Origin: Clostridium sp. CAG:609
GTDB lineage: Bacteria; Bacillota_I; Bacilli_A; RF39; UBA660
Length of the DNA stretch: 64,000 bases
Assembly: GCA_000438075.1 (NCBI GenBank)
Contig: FR903548.1
Location: 48,570-112,569 of the forward strand
Reading direction: 5' to 3'
A model generated the notes under the pieces. That model searched no databases and was not told where the DNA came from. It was given only the letters and a program-made list of their open reading frames with translations. Both the position numbers and the translations under genes were made by a program. Shown one piece after another: positions 57,602 to 64,000 of the stretch; the stretch's first letter is position 1; the number at the start of each line of letters is the position of its first letter.

Positions 57602-57634
57602 AATAGGAACTATTCAAAGTTCCTATTTTCTGTT
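57602..57634 (+). terminator. Rho-independent terminator after immunity copy A
   Basis: AATAGGAACT-attcaa-AGTTCCTATT followed by TTCTGTT. Confidence 0.6.
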
Positions 57635-57660
57635 ATAATAAAATTAAGAAAAGAGGAGTT

Positions 57661-58158
57661 ATGAATAAAGAATTTAAAAAATACTTTGATAAAAAGATGA
57701 AAGATAATACAAATAAATATGTAGTGATGTATAAAGTAATTTTAATATTTTATTGTATATTAATATTAATTGCTATAGCATTAGATTTATATAATTATTT
57801 TAATCAAGTAGCATTAGATAAAATAATTAAAATATTTGCTTATATATTACTTATGATGCTTTATCCTTTGTATTTCATACAGAATAAAGTTTTTAAAGAA
57901 GAAAATGAAGTAAGTCGTATTTCAAAATGTAAAGCAAAAAAAGATAAGATAATCTTAAAAATATACAATATTACAAAATTAATATTATTAGTAGGTTTTG
58001 CAGTATTAATTACTACAATAGCATTAATTAGTGATATTTTAGGGGTATTTGAGTATTCACTGGATGTAGCACGGATTTATGGATATATTTTTGTAGGACT
58101 ACTTTTCATCTTTGAAAGAATGTTAGTTTATTTAGATAAAAGAAATATATTATGGTGA
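57661..58158 (+). CDS. Hypothetical 4-TM membrane protein
   Basis: 165 aa with four hydrophobic segments, behind SD AGAGGAG. Its stop lies 4 nt before the next start. Confidence 0.5.
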   Translation: MNKEFKKYFDKKMKDNTNKYVVMYKVILIFYCILILIAIALDLYNYFNQVALDKIIKIFAYILLMMLYPLYFIQNKVFKEENEVSRISKCKAKKDKIILKIYNITKLILLVGFAVLITTIALISDILGVFEYSLDVARIYGYIFVGLLFIFERMLVYLDKRNILW

Positions 58159-58162
58159 TGGT

Positions 58163-58789
58163 ATGATAAAAAGAAGATTGAAAGATTTAAAAAATGGCGA
58201 AGCAATAGCAATAAAAATAAAAAAAGGAAAATATAAAAACAAGTATTTAGTATTAATATGTTGCAAAGAAAGCCCTGAAGAAGAAAGAGATTTTTACTTC
58301 AGAGCTAAATTTAGTAAAAAGTTACCAACTACAACTGAAGAAATAAACAAACTACCATACATAAAAGTAAGAGCAATACACTATATTGAAAGATATCTAC
58401 CAAGAATGGGGAGAGAAACTTATAAAGAACTAGTTGAAAGAAAAAAACATTATGTATATTATCCAGATGAGTATAACTTTTTATATGTTTATTACTTCAC
58501 TTTGCTATTTGAAAAAGGGGATAACTTAGACGATATAATTTATTTAGATATTTATAACGTTGAAAGACCAACAGATGAATATGTAAATGACAGTAAATCT
58601 TATTATGGAGAAATAATATTATTTAATAGACTAGAAGAAGAATTAATTGAATACTACGAAAATTATAACTTGAAAAAAGACTTTGGATATACCAAAGTAG
58701 GACAACAAAGATGTGAACAAAATGCTAAAGCAATTATAGAAGTATTAAAAAAATATGATCAAATTAAAATGAAAAATAATCATTCCTAG
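58163..58789 (+). CDS. Putative immunity protein (copy B, near-identical paralog of 56957-57571)
   Basis: 208 aa. It differs from copy A at about a dozen positions by eye, concentrated near AHRYTKEG/DFGYTKVG and at the termini. Confidence 0.5.
   Translation: MIKRRLKDLKNGEAIAIKIKKGKYKNKYLVLICCKESPEEERDFYFRAKFSKKLPTTTEEINKLPYIKVRAIHYIERYLPRMGRETYKELVERKKHYVYYPDEYNFLYVYYFTLLFEKGDNLDDIIYLDIYNVERPTDEYVNDSKSYYGEIILFNRLEEELIEYYENYNLKKDFGYTKVGQQRCEQNAKAIIEVLKKYDQIKMKNNHS
58181..58759 (+). repeat. Direct repeat copy B
   Basis: See copy A (56969-57546). Confidence 0.8.
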
Positions 58790-58867
58790 GGCAATAGTAA
58801 TTTACCACTATAGGACTAGCTCATAAAATATAGTATAAATAACTATTAACCTAAAGGGGGTGATAAA

Positions 58868-59140
58868 GTGACTATAACGTTATCAGTAGTAATAATGTTA
58901 GTAGCATATACATTCGGTGCTATTACAAAAATATTTATTGAAAAATTACCAAATAAATATATTCCAATACAAAATATAATAATAGGTGTAGTAAGTGGTA
59001 TAGTATGTTACTTTTTAAAAATAGATGATAGTATGCTAAACTCTATATTACTTGGTATAATGTCTACAATGAGTGCCGGAGGTATAGCAGATTTAATAAA
59101 GATACCTAAAACAGATGATGATACGTTATCCGAAGGTTAA
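58868..59140 (+). CDS. Holin-like small membrane protein
   Basis: 90 aa with a GTG start behind AAGGGGGTGA. The segment KLPNKYIPIQNIIIGVVSGIV...LLGIMSTMSAGGIADLIK plus an acidic tail resembles Listeria-phage Hol118-type holins as I recall them. Confidence 0.45.
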   Translation: MTITLSVVIMLVAYTFGAITKIFIEKLPNKYIPIQNIIIGVVSGIVCYFLKIDDSMLNSILLGIMSTMSAGGIADLIKIPKTDDDTLSEG

Positions 59141-59227
59141 TACTATAAGCAATAAGTTTTAAAAATTCTTATTGCTTTTTTACGTTTTATAATTATTTGC
59201 ATATAATATTTTAAAAGGGAGGAACTC

Positions 59228-59470
59228 ATGAAATTTGGTGATGATTTTTTTAAAAAGGTAGAAAAGAAAACCAATGTTAACAAAGATACTATTTTATCAC
59301 TTGCAAAAAAACTTCAAGAAGGAAATATGAAAGATGAAAAAACTCTTCGTGAAGTAATAGATACTTTAAGTAAAGCAACAGGTAAAAAGGTAAGTGATGA
59401 ACAAAAGAACAAAATAATAAACAAAATAGTAAGTGATAAAGTACCAAATAATGTGGAAAAGATGTTTTAA
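59228..59470 (+). CDS. spoVIF: Stage VI sporulation protein F
   Basis: 80 aa. FFKKVEKKTNVNKDTILSLAKKLQEGNMKDEKTLREVIDTLSKATGKKVS matches the SpoVIF (YjcC) pattern. Confidence 0.7.
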   Translation: MKFGDDFFKKVEKKTNVNKDTILSLAKKLQEGNMKDEKTLREVIDTLSKATGKKVSDEQKNKIINKIVSDKVPNNVEKMF

Positions 59471-59530
59471 CTTGAAAAATATATAATATTGCTATATAAT
59501 AGCAATATTGTTTTTTAAGGGGGCATCATT

Positions 59531-60661
59531 ATGCAAAAAAGAATATACTTAGAATTACCAAAAGAAAATGGACCAAGATTTTACTACAGGGAAGAACCAC
59601 TTATAAATAGTAAAAATGATCTTGTTGAATTCTTAGAATGGGATAAAAATATGGACTCTTTGGCATTTGCTAAGAAAATGATGTATTCTCATGAATTAAA
59701 AGCTAATAATCAAGTCGAAGGTTATACTGATGATTTAGAATTAATAGAAAAAGTAATAACTAAGAAAACAGAAAAAATAAAAGATACTGAAATAAAACAA
59801 AGAATATTAAATTTATACCATGGTTATTATTATATATTACATCATAGAAAAATGGATGAAGAACATCTTCATGATTTATATAATATTTTAAGTGATGGTA
59901 TCCTTGATGAATATGATTTGCAAAACATGGGACCGTTATATAGAGAAAAGTCCGTATACATATTAAATAATGGAAGATTAGATATGGACCTAGAACAAGG
60001 AGTTAAAGCAACTAACATAGAAAATTTAATAAATAAATATTTTACATATGTAAATGAAGTCACAAATGATTCTAAAATAAATGAATATATTAAATCTCAG
60101 ATAATGCATTTTTATTTTGTATATATCCATCCATATTTTGATGTAAATGGCAGAACAAGTAGAACTTTAGCAATGTGGTATTTAATAAAAAAAGAAGCAT
60201 ACCCATATATAATATTTAATCGTGGTATCAGTTTTAAAGGTTCTAAATATGATAAAATAATCAAAGAAGCAAAAGAAAGGTGCGACTTAACTAAATTCTT
60301 AGAAATGATGCTTGATACTTTAAAAATAGAATTAGAAAAAGAACATATCATGGAAAATATTGCAAGTAATACACCATATAAATTAAATGGCCTAGATTAT
60401 CAAAGTATTTTATATTTTCTAACAATGAATGGCACAAAAACTCTCGCAGATTTTGCAACTATGTATAATAGATTTAATGGAAAACTAAGAATAAGTGAAA
60501 TATATGAAGATATGATAAAACGTTTAATTGATTTTGAAATTTTAAATGTAGATAGATACACTAAAAAAGTAATCGAAGATATACCAAACATGGAATTATC
60601 ACTTAATCCTAAAAAAATAGATTTTGATGAACAACACTTAACACGCATAAAATTAAAATGA
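59531..60661 (+). CDS. Fic/DOC family protein with non-canonical active-site motif
   Basis: HPYFDVNGRTSR (nt 60128-60163) stands where the canonical motif is HxFx(D/E)GNGRxxR. The N-terminal region has a NNQVEG segment at the position of the (S/T)xxxE(G/N) inhibitory motif. Confidence 0.75.
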   Translation: MQKRIYLELPKENGPRFYYREEPLINSKNDLVEFLEWDKNMDSLAFAKKMMYSHELKANNQVEGYTDDLELIEKVITKKTEKIKDTEIKQRILNLYHGYYYILHHRKMDEEHLHDLYNILSDGILDEYDLQNMGPLYREKSVYILNNGRLDMDLEQGVKATNIENLINKYFTYVNEVTNDSKINEYIKSQIMHFYFVYIHPYFDVNGRTSRTLAMWYLIKKEAYPYIIFNRGISFKGSKYDKIIKEAKERCDLTKFLEMMLDTLKIELEKEHIMENIASNTPYKLNGLDYQSILYFLTMNGTKTLADFATMYNRFNGKLRISEIYEDMIKRLIDFEILNVDRYTKKVIEDIPNMELSLNPKKIDFDEQHLTRIKLK

Positions 60662-60682
60662 GACCTTCAAAGTCTCATTTTT
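60659..60682. terminator. Bidirectional terminator shared by the fic and vanY-like genes
   Basis: TGAGAC-cttcaaa-GTCTCA includes both stop codons and is T/A-flanked on both strands. Confidence 0.5.
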
Positions 60683-61637
60683 CAATGAAATATGCATAAT
60701 ATTCTTCAAAAGTAATATTATTTTCATATATGTATTTAGCTATTTTCTTCCCAACATATCTATAATGCCAAGATTCATAACCATAACCAGTGACATTAAC
60801 TTTATCTTCTGGATATCTTAAAATAAAACCAAATTTATAAGAATTATCTTTAAGCCATTTAAATACTTCAGTATCTTTAAAAGTGTTTTTATTACTATTA
60901 TCTTTACTAAATATATCTAGTGTTAATCCTGTTTGATGTTCACTAGCACCAGGCCTTGCTGCAATACTATCAGCATATTTTTCTCCTCGTTTTTTCTTAT
61001 AATTATTATATACTATTTCTTGTTCTTCATAAGTTCTATAAGAAGAACTAACCATCAAATAATATCCATTAATCTTAGCTTCTTCCCACATTTCTAAAAA
61101 TGCATCATATGTAACTTTTCTTACCTTTTGACTGCCTAATTCTCCCCAAGCATAATCTCTTGATATTGTTACCAAATCATCTGGATTATAATCTTTACTT
61201 AATAAATAATATTTATTAACGATAATAGATGTATCTTTACTTATATCAGTTTCATAATTAGTTGAATAAAATCTACTATCTAAATGAATATTTATATTTC
61301 TAACTACAGTACTTAAATCCAACTTTTTATTCTTTTTCATATACTCAATATATTTATAAAAATTCTTTGTTAAAAAATACTTTTCTTTAGTTAATTCAAT
61401 ATATTTTTTGTTTACTTCATTTTCTAAGAAAAACTCATAATCATCTTCATTAAATATTTTAAGTATATCTTCTGTTTCATCCCTAGTATATCCTTTGTCC
61501 ATGAGTTTATACTCATATGTCTTTTTATATTGATATTCTTTATATCTTTTATTTGCATAAATACCACCAATTACTAAAAATACTATTAAAATTAATACAT
61601 AGTAAACTTGTTTTTTTAATCTTTTCTTTTTCTTCAT
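60675..61637 (-). CDS. D-alanyl-D-alanine carboxypeptidase, VanY/peptidase M15B family
   Basis: N-terminal TM. Motifs SSYRTYEEQ, GASEHQTGLTLDI, ESWHYRYVG. Confidence 0.8.
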   Translation of the reverse strand: MKKKKRLKKQVYYVLILIVFLVIGGIYANKRYKEYQYKKTYEYKLMDKGYTRDETEDILKIFNEDDYEFFLENEVNKKYIELTKEKYFLTKNFYKYIEYMKKNKKLDLSTVVRNINIHLDSRFYSTNYETDISKDTSIIVNKYYLLSKDYNPDDLVTISRDYAWGELGSQKVRKVTYDAFLEMWEEAKINGYYLMVSSSYRTYEEQEIVYNNYKKKRGEKYADSIAARPGASEHQTGLTLDIFSKDNSNKNTFKDTEVFKWLKDNSYKFGFILRYPEDKVNVTGYGYESWHYRYVGKKIAKYIYENNITFEEYYAYFIEK

Positions 61638-61733
61638 ACTGCCTCCAAGATAATTCTATTATATCATTTAATTTAGGTATTTACAAACCCAATTATTTGT
61701 AGTAAACTTAAGTTAACATATGAAGGTGATAGA

Positions 61734-62093
61734 ATGGATAAGAATAAACAAATAATTGCTTTATGTCCCAATTTTTATAAAATAATAGAATTCCGTCCTT
61801 ATGAAGAAGATGTAATTAGCACTAAATTAATAAAGTTGTATCAAGAATATATATTTAGAATTGATCTAGATAATCCAGAAGATGTAGAAAGTGTAATACG
61901 TCTAGATAAGGTTGTTAAAAAATATATAGATGATTATCTATTTAGAAAAGAAATGCAAAAACAAATTTTAGAAATCAGAGTAAAGAAAGATGCAAAAGAT
62001 ATTTTAAAAGAAGTAATAAAATCTATTTTAAAGATATTTGACAACTATGAAGAATATACAACCAGAGTAATATACATATCAAGATGGATATAA
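61734..62093 (+). CDS. Hypothetical small protein
   Basis: 119-aa ORF behind GAAGGTGA. No motif was recognised. Confidence 0.4.
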   Translation: MDKNKQIIALCPNFYKIIEFRPYEEDVISTKLIKLYQEYIFRIDLDNPEDVESVIRLDKVVKKYIDDYLFRKEMQKQILEIRVKKDAKDILKEVIKSILKIFDNYEEYTTRVIYISRWI

Positions 62094-62178
62094 GTTAACT
62101 TATATCTTTTTTTTGGAATAAAAATGTATTGCAATAAACTTCATTATAGTTTAAAATAATATCTCGACGGTGAAATAT

Positions 62179-63006
62179 ATGAATAATTATGATGAATATG
62201 TAAGATATAAAGATATGTGTTATAAATGTAGTAATTTTAAATTAAAAGATATTAAAGAAATAATTACATATCTAATACAAAGAGAAAGTGACATTGAAAC
62301 AATGAGTAATACTATTATTTCATATAGATATGGTTTTGAAAAAATCATAGATAATGAAATAATAGAGGATTTCTATTATATCATTAATTCCTTTATTAAT
62401 TTATGTAAGTCTATACATATAATTAATGCACTAGATATATGTATGCTTTATTCATATCTTTTATGGAATGGTTATTTTTCTTTTAATCATAATTTTACCT
62501 ACGGAGAAAACACTGATATAGAAAATAATACCTATGCCTTAAATATTATTAATGGCCAAGGTACATGTCTTGCAATCAGTGACTTATTATCATACATATT
62601 AAATGCCTTTAATATAAATAATGCAATATTAATTAATAAACTAAATAATAATCATCATGCTTATAACTTAATACTTAGTGATACATCATTTATATATGAT
62701 GCCACTAATAAACTAATATTTAAAATAGAAAGTATTAATTCTTCAAGTAATAAAGATTATTATTCATATATAGATATAGAAAGAAGTTATAGCTTTATAA
62801 ATAATATTAATGGTTTACACACACTAGACTTATTTGTAAAAAACAATAACGATATAATAAATATAACAGATGATGAAATAAATAATAGTTTATATAGACT
62901 TATGGAACTGTTTAAAAATAATATTATTTTTAAACAGTTCCATATGACAATTTCACCATCTATAAATAAAATTTATACATATTTTAATAAAACCTTGAAA
63001 TTTTAA
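62179..63006 (+). CDS. Transglutaminase-like cysteine-peptidase-fold protein
   Basis: A Cys-His-Asp arrangement with typical spacing: GQGTCLAISDLL, then ~35 aa to NNHHAYNL, then ~15 aa to IYDATN. The start is either ATG 62179 or GTG 62170. Confidence 0.45.
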   Translation: MNNYDEYVRYKDMCYKCSNFKLKDIKEIITYLIQRESDIETMSNTIISYRYGFEKIIDNEIIEDFYYIINSFINLCKSIHIINALDICMLYSYLLWNGYFSFNHNFTYGENTDIENNTYALNIINGQGTCLAISDLLSYILNAFNINNAILINKLNNNHHAYNLILSDTSFIYDATNKLIFKIESINSSSNKDYYSYIDIERSYSFINNINGLHTLDLFVKNNNDIINITDDEINNSLYRLMELFKNNIIFKQFHMTISPSINKIYTYFNKTLKF

Positions 63007-63042
63007 AATATATTTGTTATTCTACCTATAGGTGAATAAAGT

Positions 63043-64000
63043 ATGAAGAAAAAAATAATTATAATAATATCTATAATAGTAAGTATAATATTAATAATTT
63101 TAATATATAACATATATAGAATAAAAACAGCTAAAATTAGTATTACATATAAAGATGAATTAATAGCAGATTTTGCATCAAATGTAAAAGTATCATCATT
63201 TATAGAAAGTATTAATGGTAAAATCATAGATGATTATACCATTAATACAGATACATTAGGTAAGAAGAAAATAAGGTATGTATATATTAATGATGATGGT
63301 ATTAAATTAAAGCAAAGTTATGAGCTTGAAGTAAAAGATAGAGAAGCACCATTAGTATGGCTTGGTAAGAGCTATAATGTAACTGTAGGAAGCATAGATA
63401 ATTTAAAAAGTAAAATACTATGCGGAGATAATTATGATGAAAATCCAATATGTGAAATAGAGGGAACTTATAACTTAGAGGAAGTTGGTTCATATGATTT
63501 AGTTTATAAAGCAATAGATTCATCAGGTAATAAATTGGAAAAGAAATTTACTTTAAATGTAAATGAACAAAGACCAATTAATAAAGAACAAAATACAAAA
63601 AAAACATTATTTAGTGATGTTGTAAAGGACTATAAAACAGATAAAACTATGATAGGTATTGATGTATCAAAATGGCAAAAAGATATAGATTTTAATAAAT
63701 TAAAAGAAGCTGGAGTAGAATTCATAATTATAAGGGTTGGTTCATCAACTGGTATAAATGGAGAAAACTTTATAGACTCAAAGTTTATTCAAAATATTAC
63801 TAATGCTAATAATTTAAATATTCCGGTAGGGGTTTATTTTTATTCACATGCAAATAGTAAAGAAAGAGCAATAAGTGATGCAAAATGGGTTCTTGAACAA
63901 ATTAAAGACTATAATGTTGAACTTGGGGTAGCACTAGATTGGGAAAATTGGAATAGTTTTAATGAATTTAATTTAAGTTTCTTTGGTTTAACTAACATGG
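63043..64000 (+). CDS. Membrane-anchored GH25 muramidase (lysozyme) with Ig-like domain, 3'-partial
   Basis: It is absent from the ORF track because it runs off the window. Features: MKKKIIIIISIIVSIILIILIY anchor, an Ig-like segment (REAPLVWL...SYDLVYKAIDSSGN), then GIDVSKWQKDIDFNKLKEAGVEFIIIRVG...VGVYFYS... typical of GH25. Confidence 0.75.
   Translation, partial: MKKKIIIIISIIVSIILIILIYNIYRIKTAKISITYKDELIADFASNVKVSSFIESINGKIIDDYTINTDTLGKKKIRYVYINDDGIKLKQSYELEVKDREAPLVWLGKSYNVTVGSIDNLKSKILCGDNYDENPICEIEGTYNLEEVGSYDLVYKAIDSSGNKLEKKFTLNVNEQRPINKEQNTKKTLFSDVVKDYKTDKTMIGIDVSKWQKDIDFNKLKEAGVEFIIIRVGSSTGINGENFIDSKFIQNITNANNLNIPVGVYFYSHANSKERAISDAKWVLEQIKDYNVELGVALDWENWNSFNEFNLSFFGLTNM

Noticed and set aside
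55581-64000. I considered whether the 55.6-64 kb block is an integrated prophage or an ICE.
   Set aside because: No integrase, recombinase, terminase, capsid/tail or replication genes are seen, and I noticed no flanking direct repeats. Only a holin-like gene and wall hydrolases suggest phage ancestry, so it is described as an accessory region rather than a mobile element.
1-64000. I scanned for CRISPR arrays, rRNA/tRNA genes and insertion sequences.
   Set aside because: No regularly spaced short direct repeats, no conserved rRNA or tRNA sequence blocks and no transposase-like ORFs were found in any intergenic gap or ORF translation.

Overview
This is a very AT-rich (by eye, not computed), gene-dense window with most genes on the + strand. 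It looks like chromosome from a low-GC, monoderm, spore-forming Firmicute: spoIVA, spoVIF, murD, lgt, uppS and a sortase are present, and TGA is used as a stop. No rRNA, tRNA, CRISPR array, transposase or integrase was seen.

Layout:
(1) 1-11.9 kb is an accessory block. It holds a divergent Tad/Flp-like type IV filament locus: two cpaB-like genes, a TadA/CpaF-type ATPase, TadB/TadC-like membrane proteins, two pilin-like genes with a shared unusual leader, two TadE-like genes, a ParA/MinD-fold protein with a degenerate P-loop, and two small 2-TM proteins with Cys-rich tails. A convergent, strongly promoted gene for a surface protein with a pilin-like domain follows.
(2) 12-28.4 kb is a core block: uvrA, lgt, trxB-like, mazEF wedged directly upstream of gltX, cysS, a PBP5-type carboxypeptidase, uppS, a tail-less ssb, and an RNase J paralog with degenerate metal-binding motifs.
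(3) 28.4-48.3 kb is mixed: a SWIM-SNF2 helicase, a LemA remnant, a serine hydrolase, spoIVA behind a sigma-E-like promoter, a decayed gene, murD, and a class B sortase carrying a ~270-aa N-terminal extension, encoded divergently from a candidate substrate.
(4) 48.5-55.6 kb holds lysS, a transporter-like membrane protein and a ClpC-like ATPase.
(5) 55.6-64 kb is accessory. It holds a start-less orphan Rhs/YD C-terminal cassette ending in a GIY-YIG nuclease domain, a duplicated putative immunity gene, a holin-like gene, spoVIF, a Fic protein with a non-canonical motif, a VanY-like peptidase, a transglutaminase-like protein and a 3'-partial GH25 muramidase.

The best candidate for a poorly described system is the Cys-rich Tad-like filament locus (1-10.2 kb, plus its neighbour at 10.45-11.9 kb). 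The orphan Rhs toxin/immunity duplication and the N-terminally extended sortase B are next.

All calls come from reading motifs and context in the supplied translations. No database search was possible.
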